DNA of 59,274 nucleotides, the filler included, from Squatina squatina (taxonomy: Eukaryota), in the NCBI GenBank assembly GCA_031763465.1. It is 3 parts of 3 records of this genome, joined end to end, with 100 filler letters (N's around TTAATTAATTAA, not from the genome) between each part and the next. Parts side by side here need not be neighbours in the genome. Positions count along the whole stretch, not along the records: positions 1 to 20,308 come from JARFOE010000192.1; 2 more parts are not named here. The stretch is one strand, 5' to 3'. The translations under genes and the position numbers were made by a program. Below, piece after piece: positions 1 through 13,890 of the stretch. Numbering within the stretch: position 1 is the first letter of the stretch; every line of letters begins with the position of its first letter. Under the pieces are notes generated by a model. It was not told the origin of the DNA. It did not search any database and saw only the letters and a list, made by a program, of their open reading frames with translations.

Positions 1-639
1 TTTGTTCTTGGTAAAGTTTTGGAGGCATCTGGAAAGAAGGATAATGAAACTGCTGGATAGTTATGTGTAATGACAAAACTCCCTTCTCCGGAGGCAGACC
101 AAATTAACACTAGACGAGGTATCGTTTGGTTAACTTAGTAAACTGCTTTATTATTTGGTAGACAAAACATGTAGAACATTAAATATGCTGAAGGTTGCTA
201 TCAGTTCATCTTATGTTTGCGTACCGTTAAAATAAAGAACATGTGCACTCTAGTCCATTTGGGATTCTTAAAGTGGAAGGATGGATTCGCCCTGCTGTCT
301 GCCTTACCAACAGTGTTGAGGCTATTTCTTCCTTGCAGCCTTTCTGCTACTTTAACCAACTTAACACCTTCCTGATGTCTTGATTGAACTTAGGCATTGG
401 TTCTTAAAAAGCCTCCCTTCTCAGATGAACAGAGATCAAAAACTGTTGTCAATGCCAAGGTGCTGGATGAGTTCCAAATGATCAGACATTGCGAACGAAT
501 TCACCATTGTTTGGGATCTATGCAAAACAATTACATATCCTGCATTTAAATCACCTTTTATTTGCCTATGGGTGGCCAACCCAGCATGGTACTGTCTGGG
601 GAAACCACTCCCNNNNNNNNNNTCAGAAAAGCTTTTTCC

Positions 640-850
640 CAAAACATATATTACGACAGTTCATCTGGGGGAAAAACAGCAAGCAAAATCTCTATTGTAA
701 CAGCATGGAAAAGGAACAAGATCTTGAAGCTCAAGTTTAGAAGAGGGAAGTTACATAGTCAATTTACATTTAACTACTTTACCCAGAGGGTAGTGAACGT
801 GGAAAGGACTACCCAGGGAGGCAGTGGAAACAGATCCTATGGAAATAATT
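640..850 (+). mobile_element. Old CR1-type LINE 3' fragment
   Basis: Translates to LKLKFRRGKLHSQFTFNYFTQRVVNV, resembling the CR1 ORF2 C-terminal 'FFSQRVVNxWN' motif; bounded by gaps. Confidence 0.5.
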
Positions 851-2252
851 NNNNNNNNNNNNNNNNNNNNNNNNNNNNNNNNNNNNNNNNNNNNNNNNNN
901 NNNNNNNNNNNNNNNNNNNNNNNNNNNNNNNNNNNNNNNNNNNNNNNNNNTTAAAATTGTGGGTAACGCTCTCTGCCAGAAGTGTGAAAATTTAAAGTCG
1001 CACCTTTAATTCCAATAGAAAGAGGTAGAATATTTAATTTATTTCTCCGGTAGATTTTTGGTACTGGTTGAAATAAAAGCAATAAAAAGGAACCAGTCAG
1101 GACTGAGCAGCATTGCCAGTTTTCCATGGTGTAATAAAGATTTGTTATGCACAATAATTGATCAAGAATTAAAGGCTGCAGGCCAAGCTTTAGATTAGGG
1201 TACATTCCAAAAATCATTCTGGTGGTGGTGTGTTTTATGGCATTAACTTTACACTCTTTATATTCTATATAAGTCATTCAAACTTTTTCCATTATCATTG
1301 CACCTCTTTTGTTACTATCTAGTTGTACTGCTAATCACAAGAGAATAAGTTAGTCTGTAGTATTTTATACAGGAGCCAGTTCCACTCAAAACATGGCACA
1401 CTTGCCAGGAACATTTATGAAATATTTAATGAAATGTGATGCTGTCTCTTTGACTTCAAAAAAATGTAACTTAAAATGCGCAGGATGTGTAGTGGGAGCC
1501 ACTAGAATATCTTTTAATTATTTATTTTGTTACTTGTACACCATGTACAAAATTGTTTTGTTTAAACAAAGAATAGGATTCAGCAGTGCTATTCTGCGGG
1601 AGGAAACAATACACAGTCAATTACTTTTCTTAAATCAGCAAGGGTTTCCCTTCTAAGCATTTCGAAGATATTCCTTTTTTTAGGTATAATTGTCAGCTTT
1701 TCGTAGCCATTCTGACATTTATGAAGAATAGAGGAAAAACTTTTCAATCTACTGTATAAAATGCCATTCCACTGCCTCATACCTTGGCTTTAAAAAGCAC
1801 TATGCTGAGGAATAAAATGACAGTTTGCCATATTTCTGAACAGCATCCAGCGGTGGTGACATTAAAATTAGACCACATAACACAGTTAGGTTTTATATTA
1901 GCAGTAGGAATAATACTGGATTATATAAGGTAATATGTCAGCTGTAGTTTATTTTAATTTAGGAACTCTCTGGATACAACATCTTGCAGAAATTTTCAAC
2001 TGCTTTAATTATGTTTCTGTAGACAGGCATGATTGCCAAACGTTCCAATGAAATAGAAAAAAAATCTTAAAAACTTGTTGCTTTGATTACACCAAAATCC
2101 CAATGCAGGAACTTGTGAGAATTACCAAAGGTTTAATATTTTTAGGCTTTCTAAAAAGCTAACAGCTTTCTGTTTCTGAACACTGATTTTGAGCAACCAG
2201 TTTAATATTGGCAATTCTAAGGATTTTAATTTTTGTGTTTTGTCATCCACAG

Positions 2253-2346
2253 ATACAACGAGGCCAAAAAGAAGCCAGGAAACTGACGGAGTGGAATATC
2301 ATTTTATTTCCAAGCACTGGTTTGAGACAGATGTACAAAATAACAA
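2253..2346 (+). CDS. MPP7: MPP7 internal exon (guanylate kinase domain)
   Basis: cacAG|...AA|GTAAG, 94 nt. Encodes (H)[30 protein letters not shown](K), matching recalled MPP7 [32 protein letters not shown]. Confidence 0.95.
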
Positions 2347-2364
2347 GTAAGTTGAAAAATGGCA

Positions 2365-2644
2365 CACTCCTTTTTCCTAATCTCAGTCCTAAATGGCCTA
2401 CTCTGTATCCTGATACTGTGACACCTGTTTCTAGACTCCCCAACTTGGGGAAACATCCTCCCTCATCTAGTCTGTCGAGCCTTGTCAGAACTTTATACAT
2501 TTCAATGAGATCTCCTCTCATTCTTCTAAAATCTAGCGAATACAGGCCCAGTCGACCCAATCTCTCCTCATACGACAGTCCTGCCATCCAGGTATCAGTC
2601 TGGTGAACCTTCGCTGCACTCCCTGTAGAGCAAGTATATCCTTT
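2365..2644 (-). mobile_element. CR1-type LINE ORF2 C-terminal fragment
   Basis: Minus ORF MAGLSYEERLGRLGLYSLDFRRMRGDLIEMYKVL is the typical CR1 ORF2 tail. Confidence 0.9.
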
Positions 2645-2854
2645 NNNNNNNNNNGGGGTCAGCGGGCAACTTGGTGTCATGCCCCATATCCCAGCGCCAA
2701 TGGCGGTCCCGGCAAGGAGGCCTTAGTGCTGCCAGGACAAATTGCGTAAATGACAAAGCTTTTGCTTTGTGCTGCTTTAGCGCCGGCGTAGTCCCACTGT
2801 TCGGTGCTGCCTTGGGTCAAAAGTTGACCAATTTCATTCTGATTTTTTTTCCAG

Positions 2855-2963
2855 GTTTATTGAACATGGAGAATACAGAGGAAGCTTCTATGGAACAAGC
2901 ATAGATTCTGTTCGATCTGTATTGGCCAAGAATAAAGTGTGCCTGTTGGATGTACAATGTCAT
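2855..2963 (+). CDS. MPP7: MPP7 internal exon (guanylate kinase domain)
   Basis: ttccAG|G TTT ATT...CAT|GTAAG, 109 nt, phase-compatible with the previous exon. Encodes [36 protein letters not shown]. Confidence 0.95.
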
Positions 2964-4259
2964 GTAAGTAGACGCATTTCTTCAAAACACAAAAGACTAA
3001 TTTTGGTTTGTCAGTCTTCATGATTGTGTAAAACTCATATTAATATGTTAAATAATTATGATAAAAATGACTACTCTAAATCAACTTTGAACCCAAGTTT
3101 TGTTTCATTAATACTGCAACTTAATTGCTCTACTGTAACTTGTACCAGTAGATAAAGGACATGTTGTAGCAAAGAATATTCCTGCGGCAAGGAGGGGAAG
3201 GGAGAACAGGGGCAGAAGGGAAGTAAAGGAAAACAGTTTTATTCACCCAAAAACATATCAATTTATTGGATGGATTTTAAAAAGATTTTGAAGTCTCTCC
3301 AATTTATAGGTCAGTATTGGATTTGCAATGATCAGAATTTCAGTTCTCCAAATCAGGGCCTGAAGTATGCCGTAACAGTACAAGTTGTGCAGAGTCTTAA
3401 GGACTTGACATAAAGCTATTTTCTATTTTGCAAGCTTACCATCACTATCCGGCCAGGTAAGTTTCTATCTCCTGCCGTGTTTTCAGTCCAACTTTGCATT
3501 GGTACTAAAAGGGTGCTGGGGGAGGAAAGGGCACTTTTTTTTTTAGCCCAAGTCAGTAAAAATATTTAAGCTCATTTTTAAAATAAACTCTTCCTTGTGG
3601 GATTCATTGATAAGTCAGCCAGGTGCCTACATGAATGCAGTTCTGCCTACAAAGAATCTTGGTTACAAGACAACATGACAAACAAGTAGAGCCTTGGAGA
3701 CAATAGATGATGCAGCAAATACTCTGTCATGATCCTAAAAGGATATCTTTAGTCACATTTCTAAACTTCTCTAGACAGAGCACACTGACACTGATCATAC
3801 TGACCAGACATGTTGCAAGAGGATTACATCATCCTCTAACTTCTGAGCCAAATGCCTCCTCCAACTGACTGAGAAAAATCAACAAGTGGCTTTTTGCTGT
3901 ATTTTTGGCAGTACATATGAGCTCTGCAGAAGTTAAACTCTAACTGACGAAAGATTTTATCTAAAGCCTCATCAACAGCTGCAAGCTAGTACTTGCTATG
4001 TGCCTATACCCTTTTTGAAGTGAATTTANNNNNNNNNNNNNNNNNNNNNNNNNNNNNNNNNNNNNNNNNNNNNNNNNNNNNNNNNNNNNNNNNNNNNNNN
4101 NNNNNNNNNNNNNNNNNNNNNNNNNNNNACAGAGGTCAAAGCTGCCCCATGGATCAGATGACTTGTATCAAAATAAAAGTAGTCATTGAGTTTATCTAAT
4201 TGTTTCTAATGCTGCATACACTGGTCTTTGCAGCATAATAATGCTTATTGTAAATAATT

Positions 4260-4780
4260 TCATACAGAATAGCAAATGTCATTTAGGTACTTGAAGCATT
4301 CAATTCTATCCAAAAATGGAGGGCTAGACCTACCAAGTTTCCTATTTCATCTGGCCCCTTTCTATAGGTGTGCAGATGGAGACAAAACTGCTATTTTACC
4401 ACTCTGATACTATAAACTGAAAGATATACATGGAGGGTCCTTTACCTGTACTTCTCAAAGTCCTGTATCATTTGAGTATTTCATTCATGCTGGTGAGTGA
4501 AAACCACTTTAGAGAGCTGTAAAATCTGTAGACGTCCCTCATCTGGCAGAACCCAGACGTCCCCTGTCAAATATAGTCTTGTGGCTGCAGGAGTTGGCAT
4601 GCATAAGGGTGGAAACTTTCAGAGAATCATACCATGAGAACAGTCGAGTCTTGTAGTCTCTCAAAATGAATGTAATGGAAATAACAGATTTGATCAAACA
4701 AAAATGGGAATCTAATCTTAGATGGTCAAAGGATGAGGAGAACTGGGGATTATTGGAGATTGTAACTTCCTCAGTCGCCA
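4260..4780 (+). mobile_element. Highly decayed L1/Tx1-like LINE ORF2 relic
   Basis: Scattered motifs such as GGLDLPSF and IWQNP in broken frames, resembling the post-RT region of fish-type L1. Confidence 0.35.
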
Positions 4781-5539
4781 CACATAACATTATTAAACAA
4801 AGGTTTATTTAAATCATTCTACACTGCATTAAGTACAGCAGTTTAATGCCTCCATCTACAAGGAGGAGGAATGTGGAGAGACAGGCACACCATTACATAT
4901 CATCTGGCAGTGGCCCAGAATTGAAACTTTCTGGAATATTGTTTTGACTGAGCAAGGTGACCAGATAAGCACGACCATTGTTGTAGACTAAGCCAGATGT
5001 GTCCCAGGCCTCGCTTCTGGAATGTTGCTTAGCTGCTCTTGGAGGAAGCTGATAAATTTATGTGTGAAGTCTGACACTGTATTCTCTTTCCTTGACGCCA
5101 GATGTTTTTGGTAGGAATTAGGGCATGCCTCCAAAGTGTGGGAGACAGTTACTTCAGAAAAGATTCTGAGTAGAGTGTGGTTGACAGGTGCTAAGCCCTT
5201 GACAACTTGGGACTCGTATTCTTGAACAATACTGAATCTGAGGATGCTCTGGCGTATTTCCGTCATCAGTCAGTGCCTGCTTCCTTGAATAGCTTTCTTA
5301 AACATTTGTCTGTGCTAACAATTACCAGCACTGAAACCCTCTACTCGAAATCATCTACTGCATGCTTTGGAGGGTGAATTCTTTCAGTAGCAACTAGATG
5401 CTACTGATGGCAATGTTAATCTTATGGCTGTGCGGAGTTCTGGGCATTAAAATATTTATTAAACAATGATTCAGGAAGAAGCCCTTTACATTGTTACAAG
5501 AACAACGGCAGGGAGGGAATGGCAGAGAGGGCGTAATTT

Positions 5540-5778
5540 GTGAGCTAGTAACAGAAAATGACCATGAATGCTGCCGGATATCATAAAAACCCAACTGTAT
5601 CCTTCAGGGATAGGAACTTCACATCCCTACCTGGTCTGACTCTAGTCCCATAATATATAGTTGAGTCTAAAAATGCCCACTGAAGTGGCCCCACCACCTT
5701 CTCAGGGAAACGGGAGATGCACAATAAATGCAACCTTGCCAACATCACCCGCATCCCAAAAGCAAGGAATAAAAAAAA
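5540..5778 (+). mobile_element. Shark tRNA-SINE body and 3' tail (family ending CAATAAATGC..GCC..CATCCC)
   Basis: Similar to copies at 7018-7237, 46930-47161 and 52459-52606; ends in an A-rich tail. Confidence 0.7.
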
Positions 5779-7017
5779 TTCTGTCCTAACAATAAGCTTT
5801 AATCCCCATCCTCACGAAAACACTGCCCACTGCGCCAGTGTGATATTTCCATTGAACACTCCAGCTGCTTTTATTGGGTGCTTGAGCAAAATTGTTAAAT
5901 TTGCGCCAATTTGTGATACATTAAGGGCAGTTCTGTCCTGGGAACTGGACTGAGACTGCTGGAGCTGATTTCATATAAGACCCGTTCAGCACATCCAAAG
6001 AGCTGCATCAGTTGTATCCACAAGGGTAATTTTCTGAGTGTGTTCTGGCAGGGGGAACCTTGTCCACCAGCAGAGCGATTTAGCCTGTGATTTACTGATA
6101 GCTTGTGAGGTTGCGCTTCACTAGTGTCCACTCAGAAAATTCATAGAATCATACAGCACAGACGGAGACCATTGAGCCCATCTTTGCCAGGTCTTTGAGT
6201 GAGCCACCCAATTAGTCCCACTCCCCTGTTCTTTCCTTGACTTTTTTTTCCATTTTCTAGTATATATTACACTTTTATCCTTACATTCTTTTCAAAAATT
6301 CTAAGCGGCACCTAAATTGACTCAATAGTGGATGTGCTGTACTTATATGTGAATATATCGGACCCTGACCTCTGCATGAACTTTTGATGTGCGTACAATA
6401 ATAGTCAATTCAGTGGAGAGCAATTACCTCAATTATTCACTTGGAACTCAAGAGCGTGTAAAAACCTAAATAACGATTAGTGGAGTTCTTTCCTACATGT
6501 CTACATATATGCAGGAAGAATATTTATTTGTGCTTGAGTGAGAACGAGGAACTCTTATCCCTTTGCCATGTTCCACTACAGGCTCAGAGGTAGCATTGAT
6601 ATCACACCTCAATTGAACTATTTTCTCAATGAGTTTCTCACGTATTATCCATAATTCTCTTGTAACTGGATGATTGAGTTTTGATGCGATAAAAACAATT
6701 GAATAAATATTTGAAAACAAGAAGCATTAAAAGGTACGGGGATTGGGATAGGGAGTGGAATGGAATTAAATAGTTCTTTTAGAGAGGTGGCACAGGCATA
6801 AGTTGCAAAATGACCTCCTTCCATGCTGTAAAATATTGTGGCACCATAATTCTGTTAGGTCTGTTCTGCTGGTGCAAGTTTTTTAAAATTTGTTCCTAGG
6901 ATGTGGGCGTCGCTGGCNNNNNNNNNNNNNNNNNNNNNNNNNNNNNNNNNNNNNNNNNNNNNNNNNNNNNNNNNNNNNNNNNNNNNNNNNNNNNNNNNNN
7001 NNNNNNNNNNNNNNNNN

Positions 7018-7237
7018 TTCACTAATGGCCTTTAGGAAAGGCTATCTGCCATCCTTACCTGGTCTAGCCTACATGTGACTTCAGACCCACAGCAATGGCA
7101 ATAGCAAGGAGTACCTTCACCACACAGACTGCAGCGGTTCAAGGCGGCAGCTCAGCACCACCTTCTCAAGGGAAATTAGGAATGGGCAATAAATGCTGGC
7201 CTTGCCAGCAACACCCGCAACCTGTTGAATAAATTAA
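7018..7237 (+). mobile_element. Shark SINE/LINE 3' portion
   Basis: GCAGCGGTTCAAGG...CACCACCTTCTCAAGGG...GGGCAATAAATGCTGGCCTTGCCAGC, shared with 52459-52606. Confidence 0.8.
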
Positions 7238-7398
7238 ACCTGTGGAACTGTATTCTAAGCAGAATTAGTACGTTCAGAAAAGAGCGGAGAAAAGTTTGTT
7301 TTTCATACAAGTTCAGAAAACTACCAGTTTTGATGGATCTTGTTATAATAACAAATATAGCTTTAGTTAAATATTCAATTTATGCCATTTCTTTGCAG

Positions 7399-7578
7399 GA
7401 AGAAGACCTTCAAGAAATGATCAAATCTGCAGAGCTGATTGAAGCCCAGTGCTCACATCTCTTTGACAAAATTCTGGTGAATGACGACCTTTCAATTGCC
7501 TACAAAGAGCTGAAAACTACCTTAGATCACCTGGAGATAAATCCTTACTGGATTCCAGTCAACTGGCTACATTCATAA
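7399..7578 (+). CDS. MPP7: MPP7 last coding exon
   Basis: tttgcAG| [59 protein letters not shown], matching the recalled MPP7 C-terminus (EEDFQEMIKSA...WVPVSWLHS). Confidence 0.95.
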   Translation, partial: EEDLQEMIKSAELIEAQCSHLFDKILVNDDLSIAYKELKTTLDHLEINPYWIPVNWLHS

Positions 7579-8470
7579 AGCCACAAAAGTGAATAATAGT
7601 CTAACTGGACATTGTTTGGAAGCCTGGTAATATGGTCATTCCCAGATCAGTGGATGGTGCTTTGAAGTAAAACATTGCCACTTTATTTTGCACTTTTAAT
7701 GTCCAATAGCAAACCATGTTACTTTTGCTAATCGCAAGCTTTCATCTACCTGAAATGAGCAGTGCTAAAATATTTTCACTACTTGGGGAATAAATGTAGA
7801 CACTTTCTGGTTTTACTACTGATGTAGATTGTGACCTTTTGAGGTGACGGATTTTATTTTTTAAAACACTGAAATATAAGTGTATTTTAGTAAATTATGG
7901 GTGATATTTGTTTTAAGTGAAAGAACATACGGTTTAGGTTTCTGAGGAAGAAAATGCAATGCATCCAAGCAGGAAGCATTGGTGGTTCTGTCTTAGCATG
8001 TCATCAGAACCAGAGGAATTCCTGTATGTCTTGTATAATAAAAGGAAATCTAGTAAAATACTATATAAGAGAATTATTTGGAAAATTTGGTGTTTTACCA
8101 TGTTGGCGATGTGGTTCTTAAGTGTATTTTAAAAGGTGTTGGTTATTGATGCATATTCAAAACTTGGTATTCAATCATGCTCAACATTCCATGTAAATTT
8201 ACCTCACTAACTTGTGCTGATAATGCCACCAGCAGTGCACTGTAATTGTATTTTGCTAGGTGAGATGCATATGGTTTGTAAATTAGAGTTTTATTATATC
8301 TCGAGAACCTCAGATAAAATAGTTATACTTCCTTGCATCTTTTAATTTTAAAAAAAAACCTTTTCCTAGGTATCCCAGATTAATAAATTACCAAACTTAA
8401 TTTCTGTGTGGTGTTTTTAGTGAGGTGAATGGTTATCTTTCTGATATGCCAAGCAGCTCTATGAAAATGT
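7579..8470 (+). other. MPP7: Probable MPP7 3' UTR with candidate polyadenylation signals
   Basis: AT-rich sequence with no recognisable repeats after the stop codon; AATAAA at 7789-7794 and 8037-8042. True end unknown. Confidence 0.55.
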
Positions 8471-8570
8471 NNNNNNNNNNNNNNNNNNNNNNNNNNNNNN
8501 NNNNNNNNNNNNNNNNNNNNNNNNNNNNNNNNNNNNNNNNNNNNNNNNNNNNNNNNNNNNNNNNNNNNNN

Positions 8571-9199
8571 TCCCTCCTACAGTGGCAGACTTCTGTCTGG
8601 AGTTGTGTGAGACCTTCTCCTGCAAGGAAGAAGGGAGTGCATTATTGAGAGTCTTGTAAAAAGTTTAGAGAATGTGCCTGTCATGTTAGAATAGTTGGCT
8701 TACAGTGTATCAGATGTAAGGTGTGGGTAAATGAGGGTTGTAATAGTGGTGACTGTGTATGGGAAAAAGGAGGTGTAGTGAAGTGTGATGCACTAGGAGG
8801 TTGTCGGAGAGTTAAGGGAAGCAGGGGCGGATGTAGGTGTTGGAGCTGTGAGGAGAGAGTAAGAGAGCAGTATTCTTACCGTGACAAGTCTGGTGAGGTC
8901 ACAATTATTTATGGCATTGCAGCCATGTGCTTGGGTGCTAGGCATGCTCTGCAACCTCCTTCCAACTGAGTTGATGCCTGAAGGGTTTCTTGCCCCCTCA
9001 AGAGAAGAGGAAGTCCCTTCTCCTGACCATTCTCCGGACAAGGGCCTCCAACATGGCATCGGTGAACCTGGGTGCCCTGTCTGGATCTCACAACCATCTT
9101 GTTCAGTTTCTTTTTTTAAGTATCTGTTAGCATCTCCGTTATTTGTAGCCAAAGTGCACCTCCCCTTTAAGAGGTACTGGCTGCCTTTAAGCAGCGTCG
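8571..9199 (-). mobile_element. PIF/Harbinger element relic, Myb/SANT-like ORF2 with intron
   Basis: Minus strand reads RAPRFTDAMLEALVRRMVRRRDFLF..WKEVA..TWLQC..DLTRLVT|GTAAG, intron 8620-8879, then ttgcAG|EKVSHNSRQKSATVGG. Contains stops and frameshifts. Confidence 0.75.
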
Positions 9200-12100
9200 N
9201 NNNNNNNNNNNNNNNNNNNNNNNNNNNNNNNNNNNNNNNNNNNNNNNNNNNNNNNNNNNNNNNNNNNNNNNNNNNNNNNNNNNNNNNNNNNNNNNNNNNG
9301 AAACACTTATGATTGCCTCCAAACTTTACTTTGCAGTGCTTTGACTTCTGAAATGTTCAAAACCTGTTCAGTGCTGCTGAGCACCCCTCGATACCCGTTG
9401 TGCATGGTTGTGGTTTATTTAACAATAATTGTACAGTTTGAATCTATACATTTATCAAAGGCCTTCAACTTTCGAAATGTCTCTTAAATATAAGGTACAC
9501 TGCTCACTGGCTGATAAGGCAGCCCACTATCAGTGCAACAACCAATTCTAGAACAGACAATAATTGTGGCATATTTCTGGGGAAAATTAATCCCACTTTC
9601 TCTGCAAATAAAGTTAAACAAGTTTACAGGAATATTGTTCAACTTTTAGAGTAGACCTGAATAGGAGACACCATTTTGTATTTAAAAAATTTTTCTTATT
9701 GTATATTAAGTGCCACTGCTGCCTGGAGGGAACTGAACAACGACAGACATGTCTTTACTGGTTCCTAACAACACATAAAAAGCTGAAGAATTTGTACTGC
9801 GGTACCAGTAGCCAAGCTGGAGCATTCTTGTGCCTTAGTACATGCTCCCAGTGATCAAGTAATGAGACCATTAGAAAACACGGAACAAGAAAAACCATTC
9901 AGCACAAGTCTGTTCCTTTCAGAGACCATGTAAAAGTTGCCCTGGCATAGATTGAACCCAATTTATTTAATCTCCTGAGGGAAGGCTCTGCAAAGTTTCT
10001 CCCTTCTCCTCAAAGGTAACTGAGTGAAACTCCAGAGTATCTACCTAACCTTGCAACCTCCATTACTCAATTTTGACTACCAGTAGAGAGAGAATAAATT
10101 AAATGCAGNNNNNNNNNNCCAGCATTATGCTGCCTAGAATGAACATATTTCAATATCAAACTGTCATTAGTAGATAGGGGGTAGATAGACAGGACATTCA
10201 CCAGACTTCGAAGAAAATTGTTATGTGCTTGCATTGTTATGATATATTTTGTTAAATTAACCTAAATGATTGCCACATAACTTTTCATTGGGTTCTGATA
10301 TTATGCATTTACAGCTAAAAAGATTAATTTCGCGTACAATTGTTAAAAGGTATCTTATGAGATTAAGTAATATTACCATGGATTCAAACACAGGATTTTG
10401 TGTTTGAGGTTAAGTGTTTTTAAAAAAGAGTATTAGGTATGGGTGCAGTATATAGCACAGAATGAGCTGGTATTATTTTATAATCTGTACATTTGTTCAT
10501 GTTTGAGACATATTTGTATGTTTTAAGATTTATCTTTAATCAATTTGTGTTGTACATTCCTTATTATGTATTTTTTTTATCTCACAGTGGGATGCCTGAT
10601 TTGTAATGTGGTCTGACTGCATGATAGGATGTATATGTCTCCCTCNNNNNNNNNNNNNNNNNNNNNNNNNNNNNNNNNNNNNNNNNNNNNNNNNNNNNNN
10701 NNNNNNNNNNNNNNNNNNNNNNNNNNNNNNNNNNNNNNNNNNNNNGCCCTTGTCCTTCTAGGTGGCAGAATCGTGGGTTTGGGAGGTGCAGTCGAAGAAT
10801 TCTGAAATGGCACTGGGGCAAAGTATGGGCCTAGGTCCTTTTCCTTCTCCTGTGGCACAACATTTGCTATTGTTTTATTCACATACAATAGAATTCTTGC
10901 TGTTTCTGAAGATATTTGTATGCTATTGCTATGATTGTGCTTACATCAGAACTTCTATATACTAAGTTACGTTCTGTTCCATCATCATTTATTTATTCTT
11001 TACAATAATTTTGGATTGTGAAGCTATACCACAAATTGGTCGTTGACCCATAAAACGTATTGAGAGTAAAAACAGAACCATGGTATAAATAGCACACCCA
11101 ATTTCTAGCTGTGCTATGTGAATTTTGAAGCACTCATGAAATCTGGAACTAATTCATGACATTGTCACTTGCTGGGTTTATGGTCATGCAACTTAAAATT
11201 ATGCACCAAAGCTGGCAGTTGTGTGTTCTCTGTTTTAATTATACATCTGAATCAAAATCAGTGCACTTCACTGCTAAACTGAACACTAAAATCATGGATA
11301 ATTGAGGATAATTTTAAGATTCGATTCACATTTACGTCCTGAGACTGGATGAGGAATTCTGCACAATAGGAATGAATAGGAAGTAATTTGGTACACAGAT
11401 TGAATATGTGTTTATCTGAAATTGGCAGTAGTATTTAAAACATCAAAGTAAACAAATTCCTGACTGATGATACAATGACATTAATATGCAGTTCTATGAT
11501 TTCCATACCAAGAATCAGAATATGCAAGATCCAGATTAACTTTTGTGGAAATAACACTTGGTGGAATTTCATCAAAATTTGGATCTTGCCAAGTTTGTTA
11601 CAGAAATCTATCACATTGGTGGTATTTTGGCTTGGTCTACTAAAGAATAGTGGATTGTTTCTGGGATATATTAAGTTCAATTAGTATGTGTCATGTATCC
11701 ACGAAACAGAGTAAAAGATACTCTTTTTCCATTAACAGTGGCTGGAAACTGTATAAATTGAAATTCTGTCATCAAAGAGAATCTGTGAGAAAGTTTTTGA
11801 ATGCTAGTGATAAAACGCAATAAAAATTATGCAACTGCCAATTGCATGCAAGTCTTTTGGATTACATGTTTTTATTCACATACAATTACTCTGCTGAGAT
11901 ATTTGATTTTTTTAGTTGTTTTTATTTTTATTTTCACTGAGACCTGCACTGTATTTTCTGTATCTTTGAATGTATTTCTTCCTGTACCAGAATGAGCTAC
12001 ATGAAAAATTGAAAAAAATTCCACAACTGCATTTCTTAAGCATGCTGTACTTAATGTGCATAAATTATGGTTTGATGGCTTCAGCTTTAATTTTCATAGC

Positions 12101-13639
12101 ATCAATTAGGTAAGGAGGGACTTTAAGAGGGAAGATGGCATATGCTCCGCGCTTTCCCCCGGCCCCGATTGTTCCCGTCAACAAGATTGGCATAAAAAGA
12201 CATAAATTTCAGCATAAACTTCAGTGATCCAGGAAATTCTGGGGTGAAATCCACTTTGTGCCAGATTCTATATAGCCCACAGGAGAAGAGAGGTTGATGA
12301 GTTGAATGGTTTTGAAGCATACTTTTGTATGAACAACAACTTGCATTTATATAGTGCCTTTAACGCANNNNNNNNNNNNNNNNNNNNNNNNNNNNNNNNN
12401 NNNNNNNNNNNNNNNNNNNNNNNNNNNNNNNNNNNNNNNNNNNNNNNNNNNNNNNNNNNNNNNNNNNCTGTAGTACAAGGTGCTGATGGTAATAATTATG
12501 GATCACCAGACAGTATTTTATTCCGTTTTTATAAAAGGAAACTAATAAAATATGACAAGTATTTCACAAGTAATTAAAAGCTTTCCAGTTGTGCAGTTTG
12601 ACTCTCCATTCATTTTGACATTAGTTCTGAGAAATAGGGAAGTGTTAGCTTTGAGAATATTTGAGGTGTTAAAAATTTCCTGTGCACAGTTGGGTAACTG
12701 GAGCCCTTAACAGTGCACATTGAAAAGGATCATGTGACGTAACTGAAAAGAATGTGGAAACATAATATTGGAGCCAAGTGAAAATTACAATTTTCTAAAT
12801 ATACTTCCAACATAATTGACAGCTCAAGAGTTTTATTGTTTAAACAAGTCCTTGAAATGAATTTGGGGAAAGAAGATTGTCTATTTAACAGTGGTAGAGA
12901 TTTTTTTTGCTGCATAAAAATGCAAGATGCCTTTGTTGGTTTTTTTAACCCCATCCCATAATTTTAGTTTATTTCCTCCCTCTTCTCCACTACCATGCAC
13001 TATTTCCTGACCAAGGGAACCATATGCAATGTATTCCTATAGATCTGCTAATATATCTGTTGAGCCAGTCACTACTCAGTGCAATCGAGTGATCCAGAAC
13101 GGTCTCCCAGGTTCTCCCTCCATTCCCCTTATCTGCTTGAATATCTACCTTGATAGCTTGGATAAGATCAGGAAGTCCTCATATGTAAATTGTGGCATGA
13201 ACTCTCATTTTAACCCTCTGTGGTGTGCATATAACCTCATATAATTCTAAGTAATGGCTTATCATAAACTGAAGTAATTTAATCTTGCTTTTTGNNNNNN
13301 NNNNNNNNNNNNNNNNNNNNNNNNNNNNNNNNNNNNNNNNNNNNNNNNNNNNNNNNNNNNNNNNNNNNNNNNNNNNNNNNNNNNNNNNNNNNNNAGCTTG
13401 TGAGGTCCTGGCACCATTTTGCTTTACAGCCTTTGCAAATATTTGGCTTTCCCAACATATTAAATGGGTATTTTTTCCAGATGTTACAGTAATACATTTT
13501 TTCGAGTAAAATATTTGGTGCTGATTTAATACACAGAAAATAAAAGCTGGAACTAACTGAATAAAGGAAATGGTCGAATAGAACAGAAGGTGATTTAATT
13601 ATATTTTCATGCTTTGCTTTCTCTGTCACCTTTTTTAAG

Positions 13640-13746
13640 AGAAGTGCGGCTGAACCCTCAAGCTATAAAGAATGAAGTGCAATTGCTCCAGTCTTTCTCT
13701 GGTGAAGGAGACAGGACCGTTCTAAAATCTATCAACTACACGTCAG
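13640..13746 (+). CDS. ODAD2: ODAD2/ARMC4 internal exon
   Basis: ttttaAG|...TCA G|GTAT, 107 nt. EVRLNPQAIKNEVQLLQSFSGEGDRTVLKSINYTS resembles ARMC4 ...[26 protein letters not shown]. Confidence 0.88.
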
Positions 13747-13890
13747 GTATTTATATGGAGAGTTGAATCAATTAGGAATTGCCACATAAAGGGTTATGTA
13801 CTGAACAATAAAAACTGTGCTTAATCCAAGTAGATTATAATATAATTTTAACATAATAGTTACCTCTTGTTTAATTTTGCCTTCTTATAG

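Noticed and set aside
3435-3456. Possible microexon ending in a perfect CAG|GTAAGT donor in an MPP7 intron
   Set aside because: 22 nt is not frame-preserving, the acceptor is weak, and there is no MPP7 similarity.
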